Below are positions 36,361 to 48,911 of a stretch of 56,082 nucleotides of DNA, in pieces. Position numbers and translations under genes: made by a program. Source of the DNA: Octopus bimaculoides (taxonomy: Eukaryota); NCBI RefSeq assembly GCF_001194135.2, contig NC_068981.1:133055251-133111332 (forward strand), given 5' to 3'. Position 1 is the first letter of the stretch; every line of letters starts with the position of its first letter. Under the pieces are notes generated by a model. It was given only the letters and a program-made list of their open reading frames with translations, searched no databases and was not told the DNA's origin.

Positions 36361-37670
36361 TTCAAAGAAAACCTGGATGTGAAATGCTCAGCATGCCATA
36401 AAAAGACTATGTGGGTGTATGTTTCCGGAAGATTTGAGGAAGACAGTAATAGTGACATGAAACGAAGCCTCCCTTTGACTCGTAACCGCTACGTCACATC
36501 ACGCTTGGAAGGCTGTGTATTTGCAATCTCAAGAACAGGAGATTGCAACGAAATATCTAATAAACAAAGGAGACGATGAAACCCTTGGGGCTCCAAGATG
36601 GAACCGAAAATGCAGATTATGTCATATTCCCGGGGAAGACATTTCATATGTGACTGGCAGCTACCCAAAAATTTCATAAAGGTACTACCTTCCTAGGCTA
36701 TAGGACGTTGTCGCAAAAGCAATATACAATAGCATTCAGAAAAAAAAAATACTTTCCTGGAATAAATATAGAGAATCCTCCTGTTATTGAATACATACAC
36801 AAACATCAGCGCAAGAAATACTGGTGGAACATGCCCATCAAAATACCTGTCAAGTGTAAGCGTAACAGGCCGGATACTATTGTTTGGAACAGATAAGAAA
36901 ATGTATGCACCATGATAGAGGCTTGTTCTGCTGATGTGAATATCTCTTTGAAAATCAAAGAGAACGATGTTGTTGTTGTTGTTGTTGTTGGCACTCCGTC
37001 GCTTACAGCGTCGAGGGTTCCAGTTGATCCGATCAACGGAACAGCCTGCTCGTGAAATTAACGTGCAAGTGGCTGAGCACTCCACAGACACGTATACCCT
37101 TAACGTAGTTCTCGGGGATATTCAGCGTGACACAGTGTGACAAGGCTGACCCTTTGAATTACAGGCACAACAGAAACAGGAAGTAAGAGTGAGAGAAAAT
37201 TGTGGTGAGAGAGTACAGCAGGGTTCGCCACCATCCCCTGCCGGAGCCTCGTGGAGCTATAGGTGTTTTCGCTCAATAAACACTCACAACGCCCGGTCTG
37301 GGAATCGAAACCGCGATCCTATGATCACGAGTCCGCTGCCCTAACCACTGGGCCATAGCGCCTCCACCAAAGAGAACGATAACTATGGAGAGTTGCTTCA
37401 AAAATTCCAGCTTCTATATTGGAGCATTTGCTTAACTGTCAGCCTTGATAAGCTTGGATTTTCAGAGAAAGAAATCAACCAATTGATTCGTACATTACAT
37501 ATACAACTTGTAAGCGGAACAGTAAAACTATGCAAGTCCTTTATCAGGTTTAAAATGTGACATTGTTTTCGTTGTCTACATTCAAAAGATGGAATTTTGT
37601 ATCTTTGTTAGAAGCCAGCTCCTTCTTCAGAGGAAGAATTTAAATGCTTAAAGCAGAAGAAGAGACATAC
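36361..37670 (+). mobile_element. 5'-truncated R4-type RLE LINE (CATA-associated lineage, different subfamily), interrupted by a SINE
   Basis: TSRLEGCVFAI/QEQEIATKYL...KCRLCHIPGEDISYV...WWNMPIKIPVKCKRNRPDTIVWNR...IEACSADVNISLKIKEND|NYGELLQKFQLLY after removing the SINE; 3' end ...GAGACATACATAC(ATAC)n. Confidence 0.88.
36969..37367 (-). mobile_element. tRNA-derived SINE family S3, full length, 13-bp TSD
   Basis: A box TGGCCCAGTGG, B box GTTTCGATTCC, (CAA)n tail; CAAAGAGAACGAT at 36956-36968 and 37368-37380. Confidence 0.95.
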
Positions 37671-37759
37671 ATACATACGTATATACATACATACATACAT
37701 ACATACATACATACATACATACATACACATACATATGTGGGTGGGAGTGAGTGAGTGTG

Positions 37760-37975
37760 TGCGTGTCTGTTTGTCACTCCCCCACAGCGTGACAACTAGC
37801 ATTGACTTGTTTATGTCTCCGTAACTAAGAGGGTCACACAATTGAATAAGGGGCAGACTGAAAAAACAAAACAACAAGCGTAAGTATTGGGTCAATCTGT
37901 TCAATTAAAACCCCTCAAAGTGGTACTCCAGCATGGTCGCAGTCCAATGACTGATACGAGTAGAAGACAAAAAAA
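37760..37975 (+). mobile_element. S1 SINE 3' half, diverged
   Basis: ctccgtaactaag...gtggtactccagcatggtcgcagtccaatgactga. Confidence 0.75.
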
Positions 37976-39242
37976 AGACAAAACAATAAAAGATAATTGT
38001 ACTGACCTCGATTTTCTTTTCGTATTTATTTTACCGATTTATAAGTCAAAGTTAAAAAGACCAGCGACAGTACTTGGATACAACAGACTAATGTGGCCCA
38101 CAAGTTAGATATTACAAAGCACATCGACATTCTGTTGTTCAAGTTAAATTTCCATTTGAATATCCAATTAACATTGACTGACAAAATATCCTGTCTAATA
38201 TGTGGTAACAACTAACTAACTTTAATATATAATATCCCGCTGTTACAAGATTTCCTGAGTAATACAATGAAATCATCTCGTTAGATTTCTTTATCTATCG
38301 GAACATTACATCTATGAATTTTCACGAATGATAAAGTAACAATGTTGATAATTTAAATAACTATTTAAAAAATTGCCAGATGTCTCAATCATTATTACCA
38401 ACACGCAGTTTCTCTAGCCAGAAAGAAATTATAGTTACGAAAATGCTTTCATCACAAAGATTCTCCAAACTCTCTGAACTTAAATGAAAACAAATGATTT
38501 ACTTTAAAATAAAACAATGCACAAACACCTCGTATTTCTTGAATTAAGTCCATTACAATAACCATCGCAGATTTAGCGTTCGTTGACATCGTAATGTGTT
38601 TAGCTTGAGGTGAAAATGAATCAGAATCAATAATTAACATTAAAATGTTACTATCTTGTTGTCTGTCAATGTCTAAAGCTGTTTCAACAACTTCCGTACA
38701 TCAAAATGGAATTATTGTTCTTTTCTCTTACTATGAATATACGAAAATTCAATTTCTAACACTAAAATGTGCTTTTTTTTATATATATATATTGCTTTCA
38801 GGACCATTATTTAATTTTCTTTTCGATCAGTAAAATTATTCTAAATTGTGTGAATTTTATTTCAAACATTTTACAACGAACGGTCTTTCATATTGAAATT
38901 CAACAATAGTTCAGCTCTTTCCATTTGCTTTTACAATTAGTTGATCGCAATGTTTTCACTTATATGTATATCTTGAGTATAGAAAGAAAAGTTGAAACAT
39001 AAAATTCAAATAAATCCAAAGAAAAATGGATTTCCGTCTACAGATTTAAAACTTCTGGTTTATCATTAAAGTTTTTCTCTTCATCTTTGTTTAATTTAAG
39101 AGATTTTCTTAGAAATTTCCATTTACTCTTTGCATGCGTAAAATGAAAGTTCAAAGAATTTATGCATGTGAAAAAATTACAATATAAATTTTGTATTAAT
39201 GTTCATCAGCTTTGTGGAATTTAAATAATATTTGAAAATTGA

Positions 39243-39298
<56 letters not shown>

Positions 39299-39299
39299 A
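39243..39299. repeat. (GAT)n microsatellite
   Basis: Directly visible. Confidence 0.98.
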
Positions 39300-40206
39300 A
39301 TGTGTTTGTTCTTTTAAACAAAGTGTCTTTTATTTCATAAAATGAATTTTTTTTTTTTTGTGGGTAACAATAACCACTGGGAAGGAGGAGCGAAATAATA
39401 CTGTCTAATCTAAGTTATTAAATCCTGAAAGACGAAAATTTAGCATTTAAATACCATATATGGGAATGAGAAATGTACCTTCCAGAGAACTATATGAATC
39501 TAATTATAATGAAAATATCGTCCTATGCAGACAGATCTCAAAAACATTTCTTTGGAAATGTAAAAATCTGTAGTCTGAGTAACTCTGCACAGATATGAAT
39601 GTATGACTGTGTCTCTTACATTCTTTCGTCCTTCCCCTTCTTGTCCTTTCCCCCTCTCTCCCTCTCAGTTTCTTTTACGGAGAAACTGTAGGAGAGTGAC
39701 ACGAAATCAGCACCGGAAGCACAAAACAGTCATTTGAAAATTAAGTCTCACTTTTGGATTTGCCTCGGCTAAGACAAATAGCTCGGAATGACCAGGTGAA
39801 CAGGAGCACTGATTTGAAAAAAGTTCACAAATAGAGAAATATGAAATACAATACTTCATCATAGATACTCTAGGTTTATTTAAACTATCTCTACTGCTTG
39901 AGAGTGTGTTGCAATTGCTAAATGACAATTAAACTATATCCATGTGAGTAGGGGAGATAATCTCAAGAATTAAGGATTCACTGAAGCTGACATGTTATTA
40001 GGGACAGGCGCTTATTATCTGAAGATAGGAGGACAGTCGTAGACACGTGCTTCTGCTTCAATAACCGTTACCAGCATGACCATTGTGTTACTTTATCTCT
40101 AACAGCCAAGGGATATAAACAGACCCTTGTGTACGTAGGTCAACTGTCAGGAAGACTGACAGTTGCTATTTACACACACACACACACAGACATATACACA
40201 GACACA

Positions 40207-40247
<41 letters not shown>

Positions 40248-41115
40248 AGACCCCCCCCACACACAAGCTGATAAATTATCTAAAGTCTTTCTTCCTCTTC
40301 CAAACAGCGAAGAAATCAATTCCAAGAAAACTTGCCATAGTATACATAGTTTGATATACACACCTTGAATTATAGAACATAAATATAATAAAAAGAAGAC
40401 CAATATGATGGAAACTGTCAAATTCTTCAGACCATGTGACTATATATAACTTTAGAATTTTAATGTTATTTTGAAGAGAATATCTCATTGCAAAACGAAG
40501 GAGTGTTCTAGAAACATAATTTTTCTATTTTAGTTGGTCAGGATTGGAAATGAAAGTCTACGATATTTTAACCTCTTAGTCAGCTCTAACATATATTTAT
40601 TGTTGTTGTTTAGCCCAAGGTCAGCTGTGACCTGTGATCAAAACGTTTTAAATGTGAGCATCCTGTGTTTTTAGGCTGCCTCCGCTTCTATCTAAAGAGT
40701 GTAAGGTATAATATAAGGAAAACTTGGTTGCTATTTCTACAAATTTGGGTGACCATGTAGTTGATCCCTTGTAAGCTCATAACACATTAGGACATATGTT
40801 TTTATTATGTTGTCATGTTATCTTACGTATATTGATTGCTTACAAAGGTATGAACACAATTTTTAAAGGAGTAAAGTCGATTAGATCAACTTTAGGATAT
40901 TATTCTTATCGATCATGAAAGATCGGCGAAGTCAATCTCACTGTCACATGACCTACGTACATTTAGTAAACCACTTTAACACTTTTGTCATTACACCGCC
41001 ATTTTCAACGCATACAGAAACAGTAACGCAAGAAAGCATAGTTTCAAGTTCAAAACGGTTCTAACCATCTTACCGCCCTTCATCAACAATCTTAGGAAAT
41101 ATTACTTGTTTACTA

Positions 41116-41194
41116 GTACATATTAAACGTACATATTAAACGTACATATTAAACGTACATATTAAACGTACATATTAAACGTACATATTAAACG
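41116..41194. repeat. Minisatellite, 6 perfect copies of GTACATATTAAAC (13 bp)
   Basis: Counted directly. Confidence 0.97.
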
Positions 41195-42359
41195 ATAAGA
41201 ATCTCGTCTGTGAAGAGAAACTACTAATTTTTCACTAAGAGATTTAATGAAAGATATAATTTACTTCTTTGGTTGCCCAAACTCAATGCTTCGTTATTCT
41301 GAATTCAAATCCGATCAACTCGACTTCCAATTATTGCCTTGATGGTATAATATATTCTAATAAATGGAAATAGACTAGCAGTTGGATAACTAGTTCGTGT
41401 TTATTTTAGTTCTGATGTCAATGACGTTGACTTTTCCGTTTATACCCGTCGAGACACAATTATGAAATGAAGGTGATGAGTATACAGGATTCTTTGCCAG
41501 AGCATCTATGCATTTTGATGAATCCATAATATCTCAAAGTGGATTTCTGCTGATAAGCAGTTTCTAACCATATATTTTTATATACAATATCGTAACGCAA
41601 GAAAAAGAACATCCAGAAGAGAGTGATGCGTCCTGAGACCGTGTTATTCTGAAAAGTTGAATATGGTCCGAATGAGTAATAGAGTGGACTTTGTTAAAGG
41701 CGCCTCGATTGAAACGGCGTATGAGACCTGTCCCTCCAAAAGCAAAGAAAAATGGATTTGGAAAAAGGTTTTGTATAAGACATGCAGTCTTACTGGACTC
41801 ATCTACTTGATTGCGAGCAAATGATTCGAGATACTAAACAGTTTGTCATTGCTGCGACTGCAAAAGCTATGTATAACAATGAGAATAGTCGAAAGTAAAA
41901 ATATATTACAATACTGCAGCATTTTTGTATCCACATATATCTACGCAAATATTATTCTAATCCATATATACGAATAATATATATGTCAAAATATATATCT
42001 ATACTGCAAGGGTTAGGTAAGCAAATCAAAAGTGTATTTCGACAGTGTTTCAAGGAAACCATATGCTACGGTTAGAGTGCACCACTCAATATTTCAATCC
42101 TGATTGAAAGAAAAATACAGAATCAAGAGAGTTGATCACTTTTATCTCAAGTACCTATGGAGTAGATACAACGTGCTAACAGTATACTAATTTCATAAAA
42201 CAGCAGTTCAGTGGTTTAACTATTCCATTAGTGTGTAAAACATATCAGATACATTCAAATAACTATATATATCTATCTATATATATATATATATATATAC
42301 ATACATATATGTATACACACACATATATATATACACACACACACATATATATGCACACG

Positions 42360-42391
<32 letters not shown>

Positions 42392-42619
42392 TGTATGTAT
42401 GTATGTATGTATGAATGTATGTATGTATGAATGCATGTATATGTATATATGCATGTATATGCATGTTTGTATGTCCTTGAATGGGACAGGATGCAAGTTG
42501 TCTCGCTTGTCTATGACTTGCAGGTGTTTTAACACCAGGCGAATTGATGAAAATAGATTCTCTTACTCCTGTAAGAGCAGCCTATCTGCGAACTAGCAAA
42601 ACACATGCCGTGTGTATGT

Positions 42620-42800
42620 GCGTTCGATCGCTAGCTCCAAAAGCTTTTTTTAATTCTCTCTCTGTTTATGTCCTCGTGTTCCTTTCTGTTGAAGAGCGTA
42701 GGATCGAAACGTAAAAGACTTTCTCACCTTCCCGAGCGTTAAACTAATACACCTGTTTGTTGCTTATACACCTGTCTTTTGTCTTTCTGTAAATTTCAAC
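42620..42800 (+). mobile_element. Penelope pLTR fragment, family B, with variant hammerhead motif at 42682-42717
   Basis: CTTT-CTGTTGA-A-GAGC-GTAG-GATC-GAAAC-GTA-AAAG (one stem II mismatch). Confidence 0.75.
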
Positions 42801-43270
42801 TATATATATATATATATATATCCTTTTTCCCTCATCTACCACCCCACANNNNNNNNNNNNNNNNNNNNNNNNNNNNNNNNNNNNNNNNNNNNNNNNNNNN
42901 NNNNNNNNNNNNNNNNNNNNNNNNNNNNNNNNNNNNNNNNNNNNNNNNNNNNNNNNNNNNNNNNNNNNNNNNNNNNNNNNNNNNNNNNNNNNNNNNNNNN
43001 NNNNNNNNNNNNNNNNNNNNNNNNNNNNNNNNNNNNNNNNNNNNNNNNNNNNNNNNNNNNNNNNNNNNNNNNNNNNNNNNNNNNNNNNNNNNNNNNNNNN
43101 NNNNNNNNNNNNNNNNNNNNNNNNNNNNNNNNNNNNNNNNNNNNNNNNNNNNNNNNNNNNNNNNNNNNNNNNNNNNNNNNNNNNNNNNNNNNNNNNNNNN
43201 NNNNNNNNNNNNNNNNNNNNNNNNNNNNNNNNNNNNNNNNNNNNNNNNNNNNNNNNNNNNNNNNNNNNNN

Positions 43271-44670
43271 ACCAATATCATCTATTGCATCTCCTGCTCT
43301 CTCTGCCATTCTCTGTACATCGGACAAACAGGACGCCGCTTGGCTGACCGGTTCGCGGAACACCTCCGAGACATCCGCCTCGGCAATGACACCCCGGTCT
43401 CACGCCATTTCCGCTCTACCGGTCACTCTTTGCAACACCTGTCAGTGTCATCCGGACTCCCGTTTGCGCCGTGAACAGGGATTGATCTTCTCTCTTCGCT
43501 CCTTTGCCCCATATGGGCTCAACTCTCCTCCCCACTTCACCTAACCTCCTCCCCTTGCCTCTCTCTACCTCCTCTCCTACTTCCTCCCACCCACCTCTCC
43601 TCTCTTGCTCCGACTCCTACTTCTCTTCACTCCTACTCTATTTCTTTTCTTTTCTCTTCTCTCTTACTCTCTTACTCTCTTCTCTCATACCCACCTTCCT
43701 CCTCCCCCTTCATCGTCAACCCTCCCTCATAAGCCCACCCCACCTCTACACATTACTACCGCACCTTCCCTATCCTNNNNNNNNNNNNNNNNNNNNNNNN
43801 NNNNNNNNNNNNNNNNNNNNNNNNNNNNNNNNNNNNNNNNNNNNNNNNNNNNNNNNNNNNNNNNNNNNNNNNNNNNNNNNNNNNNNNNNNNNNNNNNNNN
43901 NNNNNNNNNNNNNNNNNNNNNNNNNNNNNNNNNNNNNNNNNNNNNNNNNNNNNNNNNNNNNNNNNNNNNNNNNNNNNNNNNNNNNNNNNNNNNNNNNNNN
44001 NNNNNNNNNNNNNNNNNNNNNNNNNNNNNNNNNNNNNNNNNNNNNNNNNNNNNNNNNNNNNNNNNNNNNNNNNNNNNNNNNNNNNNNNNNNNNNNNNNNN
44101 NNNNNNNNNNNNNNNNNNNNNNNNNNNCCACCTCTATCCCAACCCTCAGCCTAACCCCCACCCAACCGTGCTTTCCCACGCTCACCTCCCCCACCTCCCA
44201 ACACCATCACACAACACCACACTACACCATACCACACAACACATCACATCAGAACACACCACCACGCACACACCAGCACTGACCAATTCTCATCCCCACA
44301 TTTTCACACCTACACATACACACACGCACACGTCAAGATCACTAGCCCTCCTTCACACGCACATACGTACTCTCTTACACACACGCGCACCTTCGTTTTG
44401 GGATCACTACGACTTTGTTATTTCCCATTCTTCTTAGCTCTCCTGTGTGACCCTTCTGTCAGACATTTGCCATGATAGATCGCTAGCCACTACACACATT
44501 TTTTTCCTCTGCTTGTTTCTCTCCTTGTTTCTTTCTGTGTTCCTTTCTGTGGAAGAGCGTAGGCTCGAAATGTTAAAGACTTTTTCAATTCCCGAGTGTT
44601 ATACTAATACATCTGTTTGTTTTTTACACCACCTGTCTTCGTCTTTTGTTTTTTTGTGAATTCTCTCCCT
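43271..44670 (+). mobile_element. Penelope-like element 3' part: GIY-YIG endonuclease remnant, C-rich low-complexity region and pLTR (44440-44670)
   Basis: TNIIYCISCSLCHSLYIGQTGRRLADRFAEHLRDI...PVSRHF...GH (YIG motif, catalytic R, CCHH), then in a shifted frame RLRREQGLIFSLRSFAPYGLN, the typical PLE C-terminus. Confidence 0.92.
44543..44578 (+). ncRNA. Hammerhead-like motif with variant core CUGUGGA, sense to the GIY-YIG ORF
   Basis: CTTT-CTGTGGA-A-GAGC-GTAG-GCTC-GAAAT-GTT-AAAG. Confidence 0.55.
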
Positions 44671-44727
<57 letters not shown>

Positions 44728-45123
44728 AGCAGAAAAAATAAATAAACAAAAGTAGGTGTAAATGAATGTGTCAGAAAACGTTAGGTCAAATGGATTCAGG
44801 AACATTAGCTGTCTAAACCAATCTAATATAACATATACAGAAATAATTAAAAAAAAAACTCCTTCTTAAGAAAGACCAAGTTTAAACATAGTCGTGTCTT
44901 TAATGTAACATGTTTGAAAGACTGTTCCCAATATATACAATACGTAAACGAAATAGCAACATCATGCTTTTTGTTATTCTCTCACAATAGATGATCTCTT
45001 CATACTTTGGAAAGCCTTATAGAGTTTGCATGTTCTCCTGGATCACGTAACAGAGGGTGTTTAATGTCGATGCACACCTAGCGCATTCACTTCCACTTTA
45101 CAGATATGTACGTACGAACGTAC

Positions 45124-45154
<31 letters not shown>

Positions 45155-45248
45155 TGTATGTATGTATGTATACACACACACATGCATATATATTTGGAGA
45201 GACAGAGACAGACATACAGGCAGACAGATAGATAATGTACGAACACAA

Positions 45249-45289
<41 letters not shown>

Positions 45290-46501
45290 CGTGTACATGT
45301 GTGTTTGTGTGAGTATGTGTGTGTGTGTGTGTGTGCGTGTGTGCCATGTTAATTTTTGTTGTTTGTATGTAGTTTGCTTAATGGTAGTTTTTTTTCTTTT
45401 TATACGCAACTTTGAAATATTACGAAGAGAGATAATGAAAACTATTATATTTTCGAAAGAAACTAATTTCTCCTACAGTGAATCGCTGCCAGCATTAGTC
45501 GTCTTTCTTTCTATTTCCTATTGTTTATAGACTTTGGATAATCATCTCTTCAAACTGATTGACGTGTTACAATGAGAAATAAAAAAAATATTACATTGTC
45601 AATAACTGTTTTTAACGTTTTCAATTCCAAGGAATTTTTCTAGATTAGCGTAAAGAGGTATCAATCTTTTGAGAGAAAATACACTTCTTATCTTCAAACT
45701 ATCTTGCATGTTTTCTTTTTCATGCTTTGTTAGTTCTGAGCAAATGGCAGGTCGAATGCTTGTGTAATTTTCGAGAAGAATCTAAAGACTTCAGTTAGTT
45801 TCGTGTCAATATTGTTTTAATTGTCTTTCTCTCTCTCTCTCTCTGAGCTTAGAATTTGCCATAATGAAAAGTGCAAAGCATTGTTTTCAAAGGGCAGCAG
45901 AATTCGAATTGAAATCTTTGTCATAATTCTTTGATCTTGGAAGTTAAGGATGAGGAATAGTTGTGATGTTTAGATAAGGCGACACAAGCGCACAAAAAAC
46001 GAAAAACCTGTTGAAAATCAAATCTAAATGAGACTCAAACTTCTAAGGAGATCCGATATTATTATTGACAGGTAACAACTACTAAGCTCGTGACTAAAGT
46101 TTAAAAAACAAACCAATGGAACTGAATAATTTTGGGAGCACAAACGGCTAATATTTTATCGAAGTATTTTCAGGACACACAAGGTTAATTTTTCTATGAT
46201 TGAGGCTGTTGTTCTCTTTAATCGCTTTCATTAAATTAAAAGTATTTCTTTATTAGATTCCGGAGAAATGGAAAACAAAGTCGAGCCCAGCGGAATTCTA
46301 TCTCTTTACGAAACATTTATGATGAATTAAAGAATTTCATCAAATACTTTGCATCCTGTGGTATTTTCATTGAAAGAAGCACGTTTATACAAACGATTCA
46401 TTGGTTTATACTAAGAGAAAGTCTGCCCTCCGGACGGATTTGTGCTTGTCGCATTGGTAAGGTTGTACATTACATTGTATGTATGTATGTATGTATGTAT
46501 G

Positions 46502-47408
46502 TCGTTATTCAGTTTATATCAAGATTTATTGCCAATAAACAAAGAACTGGTTTCTAACCTACATCCAAGGCTCCTTCATTGGAATTTCAATATCAACAAC
46601 ACGGTATTTCTGTTTCTATGTATGTATGTATGTATGTATGTGTGAAGATTTGTATGGTTTATGTATGTATTCTCGTGCATATAGTTGCATATCTAGACAT
46701 GCTCATATATATTTAAATGATAAACTTCTGTTTATCTGATATTTGCAGTTCCAGTGATGGACTGGATCTGTAGTTTTCGAATTAGCTTTCTCCTTTCTCG
46801 TTTTGAGAAGCCTAATTTCTCAAGATTGGTATTTAGGCAGTGTGTTACATATCCCAGTGCCCCAATAGTTACAGGTATAAATCTGAACTTGTATTATGGA
46901 TAGGGTAACTGCAGATTTCTCAATAGTTCAGCATAGGTGTTCTCTTTTTCACTGATCTTCAGCTTCATGTTAACATCCGCTGGGCAGCTAATTTCCATAA
47001 CTTTGCACAATTTCTCTTCTCTATCCCAAATCATTATATCAAGTCTGTTGTGCTTACATTTTATTGATGTCTTCACTGGTACATTCCACCAGTTTTCCCT
47101 TTTTATTATGAGTGTCCATGACTTCCACCATATTGTGGATTCTTATTTCTTTGTCCTTAAGATTATCTTTCCAACAGCTTTCATTATAGAGTGTTCTAGC
47201 TACATCATGTCTCACCGGTAGATATTACTGTGATAACATGTTCAGACAACTGCTTATGGTGTAGGTGATATCTTCAGGGTGAACTCTACAAAGTCTACAT
47301 CGGTTGTCACATTTTACTGCTTTTCCTGCATCTCTATTCCCTTTGTGCATCAGGTGCTTAGTTAATATTTCCTGTTCCTGTATTGCAAATACATACCATT
47401 CAAAGTGG
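46502..47408 (-). mobile_element. 5'-truncated CATA-associated R4-type RLE LINE, degenerate
   Basis: ORF 46894-47076: KTSIKCKHNRLDIMIWDREEKLCKVMEISCPADVN...YAELLRNLQL; 3' UTR shared with 14664-14932 and 16000-16535; (TATG)n at both ends (46477-46501, 47409-47423). Confidence 0.88.
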
Positions 47409-47423
47409 GTATGTATGTATGTA

Positions 47424-48183
47424 TACTCTTTTACTTGTTTCAGTCATTTGACTGTGGCCATGCTGGAGCACCGCCTTTTAGTCGAGCAAATCAACACCAG
47501 GACTTATTCTTTGTAAGCCTAGTACTTATTCTATCGGTCTCTTTTGCGGAACCGCTAAGTTACGGGGACGTAAACACACCAGCATCGGTTGTCAAGCGAT
47601 GTTGGGGGAACAAGCAAAGACACGCAACCACACACACACACACACACACNNNNNNNNNNNNNNNNNNNNNNNNNNNNNNNNNNNNNNNNNNNNNNNNNNN
47701 NNNNNNNNNNNNNNNNNNNNNNNNNNNNNNNNNNNNNNNNNNNNNNNNNNNNNNNNNNNNNNNNNNNNNNNNNNNNNNNNNNNNNNNNNNNNNNNNNNNN
47801 NNNNNNNNNNNNNNNNNNNNNNNNNNNNNNNNNNNNNNNNNNNNNNNNNNNNNNNNNNNNNNNNNNNNNNNNNNNNNNNNNNNNNNNNNNNNNNNNNNNN
47901 NNNNNNNNNNNNNNNNNNNNNNNNNNNNNNNNNNNNNNNNNNNNNNNNNNNNNNNNNNNNNNNNNNNNNNNNNNNNNNNNNNNNNNNNNNNNNNNNNNNN
48001 NNNNNNNNNNNNNNNNNNNNNNNACGAAAAGATTCTTTCAGTTTTCGTCTACCAAATCCACTCACAAGGCTTTGGTCGGCCCCAGGCTATAGTAGAAGAC
48101 ACTTGCCCAAGGTGCCACGCAGTGGGACTGAACCCAGAACCATGTGGTTGATAAGCAAGCTACTTACCACACAGCCACTCCTG
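47424..48183 (-). mobile_element. S1 SINE, near full length (gap in the internal microsatellite)
   Basis: Reverse-complement head AGGAGTGGCTGTGTGG (A box)...GGGTTCAGTCCC (B box); tail GGCGGTGCTCCAGCATGGCCACAGTCAAATGACTGAAACAAG. Confidence 0.93.
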
Positions 48184-48322
48184 ATACAGACACACACACA
48201 CACGTTCACACTCGCACACATATAGAGACACACGCATACACACACGCACACACGTTCACACTCGCACACATATAGAGGCACACGCATACATACACGCACA
48301 CACATATAGAGAGAAAAGGACA

Positions 48323-48325
48323 GAC

Positions 48326-48370
<45 letters not shown>
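48323..48370. repeat. (GATA)n microsatellite
   Basis: Directly visible. Confidence 0.97.
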
Positions 48371-48371
<1 letters not shown>

Positions 48372-48911
48372 GTTGTGGACAGATATCACAGGGGTCATAA
48401 AAATGGGAAAAATAAGTATTCTGTACAATAGACTTTAACCAGCGTTACAGATGATTTTAACATAACTTTGTATACAAATATCCTCGTGGATAGAAAGTAT
48501 ATAGAGACAAGATGTTTACATCTGTCTGATGCATACAGTGTTGTTTAAATTCTACAGATACACTCTGTGGTGCAGAATAACACTGAAACAAAACAATTAC
48601 CTTTTCAATAAAACATTGTTAACGCACCAGTAATCTATTATGAAAAGCAAATGAATTAGGACAATGAAAGTTTCAAAAGAGAGAAACAAAATATAATCGA
48701 CACGGTATAATTTCAAGATAAATAATATGGAATGCATTAATACGTATTTGGGCAGACTTGAAACTAAGTATATAGACAGAGTAAATAGAATTAAAAATAC
48801 ATTGAGATTTGTTGCTATGTACCGTTGGGAGAATGAATATTTTAGTTGTTTTGGATAGAACACATCTCCCATGAGCGAAAACGCTAACATGTATTTTTCT
48901 TTTCTAGATTA

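Noticed and set aside
37290-37367. tRNA gene
   Set aside because: A and B boxes are present, but it is the head of a TSD-flanked SINE without a convincing cloverleaf; the same applies to the other SINE heads.
41116-41194. CRISPR-like array
   Set aside because: Direct tandem 13-mers with no spacers, in eukaryotic context.
41752-41898. MDLEKGFV resembling the LINE RT motif DLEKAFD
   Set aside because: Only five residues match and the flanks do not continue the RT pattern.
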